A stretch of DNA of 55,503 nucleotides, filler included, from Platydemus manokwari (lineage: Eukaryota): NCBI GenBank assembly GCA_037951405.1. It is 5 parts of 5 records of this genome, joined end to end, with 100 filler letters (N's around TTAATTAATTAA, not from the genome) between each part and the next. Parts side by side here need not be neighbours in the genome. Positions count along the whole stretch, not along the records: positions 38,238 to 55,503 come from JBBMOY011109219.1; 4 more parts are not named here. One strand, written 5' to 3'. Position numbers and translations under genes: made by a program. The notes beneath the pieces were generated by a model. The model saw only the letters and a list, made by a program, of their open reading frames with translations. It was not told the DNA's origin and searched no databases. Positions 40,721 through 53,100 of the stretch are shown in pieces. Each line of letters begins with the position of its first letter. The stretch's first letter is position 1.

Positions 40721-41721
40721 TATATATTATGACGGAATGTTCTTATGACATAACTATAATTTCACAGTAAGTCGTCATTTTATCACTACTACTTGCAGAT
40801 ATTATAAAATAACTTTTGTAAATATATAGGAATATTGTTCATGGAATAATAATAATTTTTCATATGTACGCCAAAGATGCGAATTTATACATTTATGACA
40901 CAATTATTAATTAATTTGTTTAACTTGGTTTTTTTTCATATTATAATGTTTAATTTTCAGAAATGGCTAACATTAGGAATCAATCAAATCAATCGCATAT
41001 AAATAATAATAATAATAAAAATGTGATGCTAATTCGTATGATGTCACCGTTAAACAATACTTAATCTAAAATCGGACTAGGTTCCGAAAAGCCAAAACGA
41101 TCCAAAGATTATATTGGAAATTCAACTTGTTTAAAAATTCTGAACAACGCCCTATTTTCAAATTATAATAAATTTTTATGATGGAATTAAAACACGTTTT
41201 TACTGCCGACCACTCCGAAATAAATGTTTTAACGAGAGTCAAAAGAGGAGAAAGGCAAATCAAGAGTTATTGATTCCGAAGCCGTCGTTTTTCGATGCTG
41301 CAAACTAGTTCCTATTAACCAAGGATCTTGCAGCATTTACCAAGATGGAATTATCATTCGCATTTGATATGCTGTTGAGAGAAAATTTCAAACAACTGTT
41401 GCAAGAAAAAAGAAGCTTTAAAGAAACTTTTAAAAGAAGAATTATTATCATCGAGCCTATTACAAAACGGATAGCAGAAATTATCATTACCAATTGCGTG
41501 TTTCCACACTTGAAAGAATTCAGACAAAGAATATAATTTAAAATTATTAATTTCTAATAGACAAATTTAAATCGAAAAGAATTATGATAACATATACGAT
41601 CCGATCAAAATTGAAGATCATCTTGTTACTGTTAAAGTTGATAATAGGACTTCAAAAATGGCTGATAATTGATACGAACCTAAAAACATTTCATGAGAAT
41701 TCAGTTATATAGGTCAATGAG

Positions 41722-41968
41722 AAACTGCTGCTTCCCCACCCGCCGTATTCACCAGATTCCTACGCAGAAGTCGAAAATTGGTTGTCTGATTGGTTTGCTA
41801 CGAAAGACGAACATTTCTATTGGCTTGGCATCCACAAATTGCCAGAAAGGTGGTCAAAATGTATAAAAAGCAATGGTCAATACTTTGAATAAATGTTTTT
41901 TACTTTTCCATTCAAAATTAGTGATTCATTTTAACAAAAAAACGCTCATTTCATACCGGTACACCTGG
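41722..41968 (+). mobile_element. Mos1-like (mauritiana-type) mariner 3' end with internal deletion
   Basis: LLPHPPYSPD-SYAEVENWLSDWFATKDEHFYWLGIHKLPERWSKCIKSNGQYFE* (stop 41890-41892), then TIR AACGCTCATTTCATACCGGTACACCTGG followed by TA (41969-41970). Confidence 0.92.
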
Positions 41969-42329
41969 TAAATGTCCATTTGAATAGGTAGCTTTTATAA
42001 AGGTTTAAAAAATCGAAACCAATCTAATGCGGATATTTTTATTGAAATAATTTTGAAAATCTTCTTTTCAGTTTTTCTCTTTAGAAACATTGAAAAGCAA
42101 AAAAATGACAAAAATGTAGAGGATTGAAAAAGCCTAAGTTGAAAAGCAGAAATCTAAGATTTATTTCAGAAAAACATATTTTTCTTGGCGATGCCGTGCC
42201 ACATGTCTTCATATCATAGTTGCAATATTTAAGTAATTTATTCTTCTTCGAGATTCTTTGCTCAGTTTTCTCATATTTTCATTCGATAGATATCTGTCAA
42301 TTCGTGGTCGTTGTGCTTAGTTGGTTAAA

Positions 42330-44452
42330 GGCCCTTGTGCATCATGGTGGCTTAAGTTTCCGTTGACTAGTGTGCGCTTTGTATATTCCAAAGGCATCTT
42401 TTAATAGTGTTGCAATCAGGAAACTTGTACTTTGTCTATGTCGATGTTGTTGAGAACCTTGTTTTTGGGATGCCATGAGCCAAGTTCTACGATGCAAAGT
42501 ACATCCAGTAATGTTTCATATCTGGACTTTGTTTTGATTTCTGATGCAATTGATCTGTATTTCTCGAATTTTAAAATCTGGTTTTTTTCGAAGTTTGCAC
42601 TGATATCGAAGGGGATCTTCATGTCAATGATGTGAACATGTTTTTTTTCTTTGTTCCTGATGATTAGATCTGGTCGTAGTCTCGTAGTGGTTTACAGTAA
42701 GCTTGTGAATATGTCGGTATCCAGTCCAAAAGATTGTAGATAGCTGCCGAGGTGATCTAAGATAATTGAATGTTTCTTCGATGCCAGACTAGGGACTGCT
42801 GGAATATGTATAAAGATATGTAAGTCAGTCTCTGGTTGCGTTTGCCATAGTATAGATTTTTCTTGTTACATGAAATATGGGTTGTATTTGAGCAGGAATG
42901 AAAAAATCCAAACTTCCGGTGAGAGGTGGTAATTTTGAGCAGTTTCTTCGAAAGATGGCTGGCCGATAAACAGTGACCTATTCTTTCATGTTTCTTCATT
43001 TTTGTTCATTCGTGGTAAAAGAGAATGGCAATGGAATCATGTATTAAGTCTGACAGCTTTCTACAAAATTGAAATGGTATGTCTTGTCGTTTTCCCCGGT
43101 TAATTTGAGCAAGACATCAGCTTGGTGGTTGAAAAATTCCAAGCCGATTTTAATTTTTCTGAGTTTTCTTGCAGCGAACTGAGTTTCGGTCCACCACCTT
43201 GCTGCAGATGATGTTTTCTCAGAGGGATATTTTTCCGAAATCAATAGTAGCGCAGTTGGTAAATCTTCTGAGTCTGTCACGCGGTGTTCGACGACGTTAA
43301 TGATTTTACGTGCGATGAATGTTCTGAAGCCGTGATCCAGGCCTTTGAGGTATCTGAAAGCTCCGATTATTCTCTGCTCCCAGTATTCCATTAAGGACGT
43401 CGCGAGTCCGATTCCACTGAGTATATAGGAAGTTGTTGTTGCTAAATTTAGAGCTGTTCATATTAATTTTTTTCTGTATATTTGGCTAATTTTCTTGTCA
43501 AAGGATTGCACTGATTATCTGTGTTAGTCTGTTATAAATGGTCTTGAATCTAATTTTGTGATTTTGACCTGGTGAATTCTGAAATGGAATAGCCATCTCG
43601 AGAGTAGGAAGATGTTGTAGACCTGAAAACTCTGCAAAGAATGAAGGCTGGATTTTGCAATCGCTAGGAGCTCGGTGACGATTGATTCCAGTATGTGGTC
43701 CAATGCGTTTCGTTTTTGAAATCCGTAAGGCACCTCTAAATATTCGCATAGGTTGTCCGAATTCACGATTGATATTGGCTGATCGAAGATTGTTAGGTCA
43801 ATAAGATTTCTAATGTTTTTTGCAAAGTATCCGCATTTTGAAGTATTGATCGTGAGTTGGATATCATTTGATTGGTGTGCAAGGTAGTTGATCCTATTTT
43901 CCATGTTTTCTTCAAAGTTTGCAATGATTACGATGTCGTTGGCATAGATCAATGCTGAGAATTGATTATCGTAGACTTTCAGTGGTTCTGGGAGGCTGGC
44001 AGATGATCGCAATAGAAAATCTATTGATAAACAGAAGAATCATTGACAAGGGTGATCTTGTTTGACCCCTAGTAAATTGAAATTGGCGGTGTTTTCAGTA
44101 TTCCACAGGTCTAAGTTGATTTGCAGTCTTCATATATGGCTTAAATAATCTTGATGTATTGACTTTTACATCCCATCTTGTTGAGGTAAATTATATTACG
44201 TCGTGAGGCAGGCTTGGAAAAGCTTCTTTGAAATCAATCCAGCATATATACATGTTCTTGTTGTGCCGGACCATGTATTCCTGTAGCGAAAACAGGTAGG
44301 CGTTATGTTTATCACATACCTTCCTATGCGATCGTGGCTTTTTGATTAGTAGATAATAGGTTGCCGGCATCGGTACATTTGAATATGCAAAGGTTGAGTA
44401 TGGTGGTGAAAATCCGGTAAGAGTCCGTTAGAGAGATTGGCCTTCATGATGT
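42330..44452 (-). mobile_element. 5'-truncated, frameshifted R2/NeSL-type non-LTR retrotransposon (RT + restriction-like endonuclease)
   Basis: RT motifs *RPISLT, WIDFKEAFPSLPH, GVKQ, LIYANDIV (decayed YADD) and EYLEVPYG. RLE motifs RPDLII...IIDMKIPFD...KFEKY...IVELGSW. Confidence 0.9.
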
Positions 44453-46189
44453 CATATAATAGTAAAAAAAGAAACGTATGTAGTGTTTGTAGTTAATAAA
44501 TTTTGACATCATTTATGAGGTCTATTTTAGGACTAGTCACAAAATAACAAGTGAAAGATTAAAATATAAAAGAACTTTTAAAATGCTTATAAAACGTCTT
44601 GTAATAAACATAGAAGGTTATTTTCATTGTAGAATTATCAGCAAACTACATCAGTAGCAGACCTGTTACAAATTTCAAGGATTCTGAAAGTAGTAGTAAA
44701 TAAAAGCCAAGATTTGAATCTTGTATGATTCTATAGAAACAATCATGGACATAAACTATTGGAGAAAAATAAACATAATTATTGTATTAGATAGACCCAC
44801 AGTCTAGAGGAGGAAGTAGTGGAGAATTGAAAAATTTATGAGCAAGCCAAAATAAAGATGGAGTATTCTCGTTATTAAATTTAATAGAGGATAAAGAGTC
44901 TCTAGAAATAAAATGTCTTCCTCTCAATTCAAGTATCAATTTCATGAGAGTAATGGAAAATCATAATTTCATCCTACCCAATAAACATTATTGTGGAATC
45001 CAGTGCAGTTGTCAAAAAGAAAATTATCCAACTAGTAAAAGAATCGATGAATATGGTGACTTATCATCTTGATGAACCCTATGAATTGTCATTGAATTTA
45101 CTCATTATTTAAAATAATTTGTTAGGGTTAAGCCGCACTAATATATATGCTTTCACAAGTATTAAAATTTTATCCAATTCTATCGCAATAATAAATTTTA
45201 ATATTTTTATTTTATTAATTTTTAATTTCATACAAATTAAAACAAAATACTCCATTTAAAAATAATAAACTCATTTTAACAAATTTCTTGTCTCTGTTAT
45301 TAAAAAATTGGATACATATTTAATAAATGAAATTATTATTTTCAGTTTTCTATTATTAATTTGCTACCCGGTTTTTAAATTTTAGACATCAGATTAAGAG
45401 AAATTTGTTACTCATAATTTCAAAATAATATATTTTTTTAGAAGTTTTAATGAAATTTGTGATAAATAAATGTTAGTCGAGTGTTTAATTGACATGTAAT
45501 AAAACTCTTATTTTACATTTTTTTTAGTACAACAATCATAAAACTTAATTAATTAATTTTATTTAATTAAACTAGAAGAGTTTAGATTTAAAAGTTGTTA
45601 GCAATGTTGAGTTGTACATATATAATTAATTGGTACAGTTTTTCAAGAAGGAACTATTATAAATTGTTAACAAAAACGATGAGCAACTTTGTTCTGCAAT
45701 TTTGATAATATATAAAGATTTTTAAAACAATGAATTAAACAATTTATTATTTTATATATTACTTACAAATGAAAGTAGAATATAAACGATAAATATTTCA
45801 AAACCATTTATTATTAGTTTGTTTCTATAAAATTTGTAGATATATCTTGTATTGTAATTTACAGCTTATTATTTGTCGGAAATGACAAAATAAAATAGAT
45901 ACAAATCATGAAACAAAATTTCATGAATTAACATTATCGACTTGCCAAGATTGGAAGAGTTAAAGCATCGAAATACCTACTAATATGAATCCAAGTCTCG
46001 GTTTATGAATATAATAAAAACAAAAATCAATGTTTCACATGATTTTGACAAAAAACGTCGTGATATGTTAACCAAATGATATTTGCAAAACTGGAGAAGT
46101 GCTTATTTTTGTAAGGTTGCCTGGATGAAAGTAAAGGGATCACAATATAATACGCAAATTGAACCATCAACTGAAAAAAATGACAATTT

Positions 46190-46930
46190 ATTGAATTTAG
46201 CTGATTAAGATTGAGATTTGATGAACCCAAATCAAATAATGGTTATTTATAATTATAAAGAAAATTAAGCAAAATTAATCGTGAAGCAATAATGATTAAA
46301 ATGCATCTCATTAATTTATATGGAAATAAAACAAAAGTTATTTTATTTTATGTTTTACTCTTTATTTCTGTGCAATTATATTACTGTTAAATTCAATCTC
46401 AATAAATATTTCAACAAATTAACCTTGAATAGAAATTTTCAAATGATGTTGGACTGCAAAAATTTGAATTTCTATAACGATTCTCACAAAACAAATTTAT
46501 CCAAACACATTTTCTTATCTTTTGTGATTCAAACAATACAGTCTGTTGACAATGAATTGAAAAGATAAAAATTTAACTGAATTTAGCTGTATTTCACTGA
46601 ATGCAATGCAAATGAAATATGCTCTACAGGAATGAGGAAAACACATTAAACTTAAAGTAAAATTAAATTTATTCTGTCAAATAAACAATGTTCTATTATT
46701 CAAGTTTTTTATTAATGTAACAATGTTAGATTTATCAGTAATTTGTTTTCACATTTGTCATGATTCAATTGGTTAACAGATTCAGATATATTTTCTATAC
46801 CTGCACATCTTTGCATTAATTTATTAGTTTTTGTGTAATTATTCGAATGCAGTTTTTATTATATTCTCCTTTATATCTCATATTTCGACGCAAAACAGTT
46901 AATTAGCCATTATCATAATATCTATATTTT
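46190..46930 (+). pseudogene. Inverted partial duplicate of the F-type lectin gene's upstream region, exon 1 and intron 1
   Basis: Reverse-complement match to ~48725-49495. The exon 1 copy starting at ATG 46847 has 5 T instead of 6 T (frameshift). Similarity stops before exon 2. Confidence 0.85.
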
Positions 46931-47823
46931 TACTGGTATTTAATTTTTACTAATCTTGAGTTGAAAACTGTTGACCTCATTTTCGAATATTTACATGGAA
47001 AATTCAAAATATTTTCAATGAATATATTTAATTAAATCATTGGATTTTCAATATAAATTAGAGTTTTTAAAATAATTTTAAATTCGTTTTTGCAGTTAAA
47101 TAAAAGCTTTCGTCATTAGGATTGAAATTAATTATATAATTATATAATCAATGGAATAAATAGGAAATATACAAATATAAATAATAACATACATGCCATT
47201 ATATTTTAATTTTAATAAATAAGCGATGTCGAGTTAAATCCAACAACCTATAATGTTGAATAAATTTAATAATAAAGAAGAGTGAGGTGTAAAAATAGAA
47301 TAAGTGGAGTTGAGCATTATCAAACATATTTAATAGGTTAATACCTTATTAAAATTCATTTTGTTAAGATACGTCTTGCTTTTAATCATAAGGATGATTA
47401 AGAAAAATTGACAAAAAGAGCCATTATTTCTGGTAATGCCATTGAATAAGGAAAATGTGCTGCGGTAAGACTTGAAAATGTTCACAGATATTCCCGATAA
47501 TAAACAAAGTCTTTAAGAATTAATGAGTAAACTTGAAATTATTTTAACTCTGTTTCATTTTTTTATTGTTTTCATTTTTTTCTTTTTTTGTGCAATCGGT
47601 CATAAACATTTCTGTTCATTTATTTTATGACATCTGAACACTATGGAAAAATCCAGAAATTCACTTACATTTCCAGTTTGGAACTTCAATTTTCGAAAAT
47701 AAAATGTATAAGTAGAAACTAAAAACAATAGAGCAGAGCAAGACAAACTAATGATAGAAATAAATACAATTATCACACGAAATAAAACAATCAAAACTGA
47801 TCTAATAATTGTTACTAAATAAT

Positions 47824-48808
47824 TCAATTGGATTCATTTAGCCAATAAAATTCTCCTCCGGCGTGATTGTATAAATAACATTTATTAATCTTGTCATAAG
47901 TGAATGAGATGCACTCAATGTTCACTTGACATGCTATAGCACAATCCAGTTCACATTTCCCGATCAATTCCTTAAAATATTTCAAGTCCCCGTATATAAC
48001 AAGAGGCTCGTGATAGATATCTAACAGCAAACATTATTATTAAAATTGATATAAAATAAAATATTTCACAAATCATCGAATTATTCTTCGCGAAATGAAA
48101 TCCATAAATTTCCGCTTCGCAGATATTAATTGGTTCTTCCTTGTACGGTTTTGAAATAACAATTGTTCTGGCTACCTGAAATAATTATTCAAAGGTTCTT
48201 AATATTTATTGGAAATATTACAAGGCTTGTAAAATTGAATTCAGTAATTCTTTCGTTTCGTGGTGGTGGTCCTTGATAATAATTGACAAGATGGAAATCA
48301 AACGAATCATTCGAATAAGTGGTTTGGTTATGATAACTGATATAGAATGATAGCTTCTTAGTTCGACTTGCTTAAAATAGATATTTAAATGTTAATATTC
48401 TGGTATTAAATTATAAAACTAAACTGCAACAATCTGTTCTACTATAAATACGAATCCTTGTGATAACCGATATGGCATCAAGAACAATCATCCACCATTT
48501 CTCATTATTTTTTTCTAAACTGTGATAACATGATCCTAAATATAAGCATAAAGAACTAAATTGTATAACCAATATTAATTAATTCATTTACTTACCATGG
48601 TACATTGTACCATCATTATTTCCATCCACTGCTTTATCTGGGGTATATAATTCACCTTGATAATTATAAACATTATTTGAAAATGTTGATCGTTTACGTG
48701 AAATAACTATTTAAATACGAATTGAAATATAGATATTATGACAATATATAATTTACTATTATGCGTCGAAATATGAGATATAAAGGAGAATATAATAAAA
48801 AACTGCAT
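47824..48808 (-). CDS. Secreted F-type lectin (fucolectin/FTP domain) with C-terminal PAN/apple-like domain, 241 aa
   Basis: Six exons in phase with GT-AG introns of ~46-60 bp: 48808-48757, 48706-48596, 48535-48425, 48370-48222, 48175-48070, 48020-47824. Signal-like MQFFIIFSFISHIST. FTP motifs KAVDGN, SCYHS...KWWMIVL, IRIYSRTDCCTSR and INICEAEIYG. PAN-like CAIAC...CISFTY...CYLY. Confidence 0.88.
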
Positions 48809-50399
48809 TCGAATAATTACACATAAAATAATAAATTAATGCAAAGATGTGCAGGTATAGAAAATATATCTGAATCTGCTAACCAATTAAATCATGACAA
48901 GTGTGAAAACAAATTACTGATAAATCTAACACTGTTACATTAATAAAAAACTTGAATAATAGAACATTGTTTATTTTTCAGATTAAATTTAATTTTACTT
49001 TAAATTAAATGTGTTTTCCTCATTCCTGTAGAGCAAATTTCATTTGCATTGCATTCAGTAAAATACAGCATAAAAATGTTGTTTTGAAATTTTCTTTCTT
49101 GTATTATCTTAAATTATTTCGTTCAGTTAAATTTTCATTTTTTCAATTCATTGTCAACAGATTGTATTGTTTGAATCACAAAAGATAAGAAAATGTGTTT
49201 GAATAAATTTGTTTTGTTATAATCGTTATGGAAATTCAAATGTTTGCAGTCCAACATCATTTGAAAATTTCTATTCAAGGTTAATTTGTTGAAATATTTA
49301 TTGAGACTGAATAGAATGAATAGAAAAAATGATTAAAATTTAGGTGAAGACAAAATAATTGTTTAAATTTCAAATAATTAATGAGAAGTATTTAATTATT
49401 TCGGCTTAAAAATGAATTTTGTTTTTTAATTTATAATTTAAAATAACCATTAGTTTATTTAAGTTTATCAAATCTTAATAACCTAAATTCAGCATTTTTC
49501 TATTTTTTTAAGTAATGGTATAATTTATTTATTACACAATACTCTCTCTATTTAATTCAAAACATGTTTCTACAAAAACCTTCGTGGAGATTAACTTTAA
49601 ATTGCTGCCTTTTTCGCAATAGTCAAAGCTTTAGACGGAGCAGCAGGAAGTACTGGAGTTGTTGGAACTGCTGAATATCAGCAAGAAAATCTAAAAAATA
49701 AATTATTTTTAAACTAATATAAACACTAAGCTTTGTATGATTTGAAAAGAAATACTAAAAATGAAAAATTACCATTTTAAAAAATTAAAAATTAATTTAT
49801 TTATCTCCATATATAAAAGAATAAAAATTAAAAAAAAATTTGATTGACGTAACCAATGTTATATCCAATAAAAATTAAAGAGGAGTAAAATAAAATAATA
49901 AAAAATAAAAAAGTTCAACAAGGAAAAAGAAAATAATAAACAAAAATGATGATCCATAATTTGTCATAGAAAATACTCTATAAGGAATGGAATAATCATA
50001 GAATTCGTTCACACAAAAAGATTTGCGACTGAAAGCATAAGCTTGAAAATTAAAATTCTGTAACATGTTCTATTTTGGAATGTTGAAAGATGAAAAGAAT
50101 CCATTAATAATAAATACGAATTTTCATAAGAGTAACAAAATCAAGGTGTTGTCTGTATTTTAAAATACATACATATATATATGGACGTAAAGGAGGTTCG
50201 CTATCAGATTCTTCCCTTAGTCAACCTCGTTTTTAAACTTAAAGTATTACATGATTGAAAAATTGAGTGTGATTATGAATGGGATTTGTAATATTTTGTA
50301 TTGAAAAAGAAAGTTGGCATATTTATTTTTGTAAATTTTTTAATAAAGGTAAATAAGTTATATTATCACATCCTTGTTATTGGTTTATTTTGTTTATAA

Positions 50400-51520
50400 C
50401 ATTTAGGAGCATACATATAATGAATTGATACTGCGCTTCAACTGGCAGTAATGAATCCACAATAGATTTAGAAATAATAACATCAACAAGCATATAAGTA
50501 CGCTGTAGTTGTCAATCAATCTAGAAAGAAAAGGGTAAAACATTGTACCTACTGATAATTTGACTTCTGAGATTTATGATGAATTTTTTTTCAAAAAACG
50601 AAACTATTTTATATAGACTACAATGATTGTGACGAAGTGGTTTGTCAAAAATATTATATGATAAAATGTAACTTCTACCAATAACAAGAGATAAAATCAG
50701 GTTTCCGAAATTGTGTCAGAATTTGATCCTTTATAACTATTCAGAAATTACAAATAATAAAGCTTGTGTAAGATATAACTTTCACTACATATACACATAT
50801 TTTAGAGAGATTGGTTATTGTTCACAATATAGTCTAAAGACATGTCACGATACTTCGCACAAAACCATATCCAAACGAAATAATTTGATAGGAAAAATAA
50901 ATGAAATAAATAACATAAGCCTTAAATTTATTCGTCAGATATATTCGAATTTTTATGGTAATATTTCAAAAAATTCAGAGTGACAACATCCAAACAAATA
51001 ATGAGAGATTATCATAAGCAGATCAACATCAACAGAGGTAATACAGCTACATGTAAACAAGACGAAAAGACAATCTTCCAAGTCATCTTAAACTGGAGGA
51101 TTTATCGTTTTAGAAAGGCAAAAAGTATTATTTCTAACAACAAGAAACAATTTTGAGACCAATTTCTGAGATGGACGTACTCAATATTGGATATCAAACA
51201 AGAATTCAGCTCACCATATCAGCATCAACCAAACTGGATAGAGAAAAAAGTCATCAGGACAGTACGAAATATGATAATATGATAAATGGTAAGAGCCCCG
51301 AGAAAAGTTGGACCACATTGCTGCCAATGATAGAGTTCTAAGTCTACGCAACTAATCAATCAACAACGAGGTCCTTACCAAATTACTGGATTCAAGTCAG
51401 ACAGACAAATGGATATTCAATTCCTTCATGCAATAAAATTCAAACCATTAGAGCTGATGAAACGAAGAAATATAGCTAATCTGACGATGAGAAAAACAAG
51501 TTCATTGACGCAATCATAAT
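50400..51520 (+). mobile_element. Ty3/Gypsy integrase relic
   Basis: Decayed motifs SNNKKQF (SDNG.QF-like), PYQHQPN, and WTTLLPMIEF*..ATNQSTTR, with multiple stops and frameshifts. Confidence 0.6.
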
Positions 51521-53100
51521 TATGAAACATTTTTATCGCGATTATAATTATTGTATCGATTTCACTTTAACAGCTCAGTGGCCATATTATTTTCATTTGA
51601 ATTCATCTATTTATGAGAGACAACTTTTGTTTTACATTGAAACATACAAACATAATTTTCATATTTGGACATTTTTGAATTTAAACTTAGATGGATCAGA
51701 AAAAAATTTCTTTAGATACAGATTTGGATTGCTTTTTATTCATTACTTGAACCAAATTTATTATCTCTCAATGCGTGATTTACTTTATTAATTTTATCAA
51801 CGTTTAAGTGGAATTGAGTTTATCAACGCTCACGTTAGATCATATTATTAAATTAAAAAATACACAATGCCAAATTCACGATTAAATCAAGATCGACTAT
51901 CTATTAACGCTCATTTTAGATTTTTAATTCGCCTAAATCTACCAATACATAAAGTGGGAGGAGGAAGTTTATCGAAAGTATAAATGCTTGAAATCAAGAA
52001 TTGACTCGAACTGAGATCAAGTGTGTCTAATCGTGCTTGTGTGCGTGATTGTAAATGAATTTGTTCGATGTTTATTTAACATCACATCAACATAATAAGC
52101 AGCAATATGTCACCTCTAATAATCACGACTAAATTTGTCATCAATAATTTTTATTTTATGATTTGCTTCAATTATTGATCTACCTGATAATTGCTCTACA
52201 GCAGCACTATTGCTATAACTATTGGTGTTCATTTTGTTATACAGTTTTTCCCAATAAAAATATGACAAATTCAATAAATCTTTTATAGAATTACACATTT
52301 GAACAATTTTCAACAATCACTAGTGGTAAATTATAGATGAGAGAAGAATACGGTGTACTTGTGCTCTTGTCTATAATATCGTTAACTGCTTTCTTTAAAT
52401 TGCTTTAGATACAGGTTTGGATTGCTTTTTATTCATTATGCAGTGAAAGAAATGGGAAAAATACAAAATATCAAAACACTCAGCAGGATTAGGTCTAGAA
52501 AATTTGTGAACGTTTGTTGAGATGCTAAATTTATCAAATTTCACTGCTAAGACAGTATCCTTATAAACCAATTTAAACAATAGGGTTCAACCAATTTCAA
52601 CATTAACATATTCACGGGATTTATTTCCATTTCAATCCATCAATTATCGGCCTTATCTATTTTTGAATTCAAGTTTTTTCATAGATTTATATAAACCTGT
52701 GTCTCTAATGAAGTAGCTAATCGGTTATTGCAGAAACCTATCAAAACGCGATACTATAAATTTATCTTCCATTTCATTTACCAATTTATCAAAATCTCCT
52801 TGGTCTATCGATTTATTATAATAATAATAATTTATTATTTAATAAATTAATTAGATTAGAAGTAAATAAAACAATCAACCGGAAAGGCAAAATTAAAATA
52901 CTAACTGTCAAATAATGGTTGTCACCATTTAAATCCATTAAAATGAAGATTGGTTTATTTATTGAACATTTGCGTTCACAACACTTGGTCAATCAAACTG
53001 ATAATTGTAGAGAAATAAGCCAGAAATTATAAGAGTAAATGTTTTTCATTAAAAGGATGACAAAAATAATATTAAATTCCTTGATTTTCAATTTATTTAA

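Noticed and set aside
46390-46690. Cys-containing minus-strand frames within the inverted arm (CFPHSCRAYFICIAF; KCVWINLFC...FCSP) as a possible overlapping gene
   Set aside because: The matching arm carries a stop, the implied intron is only ~35 bp, and no start or downstream exons were found.
49590-49780. GC-richer patch upstream of the lectin as a possible first exon or short peptide gene
   Set aside because: All minus frames stop quickly, and a better signal-peptide exon lies at 48808-48757.
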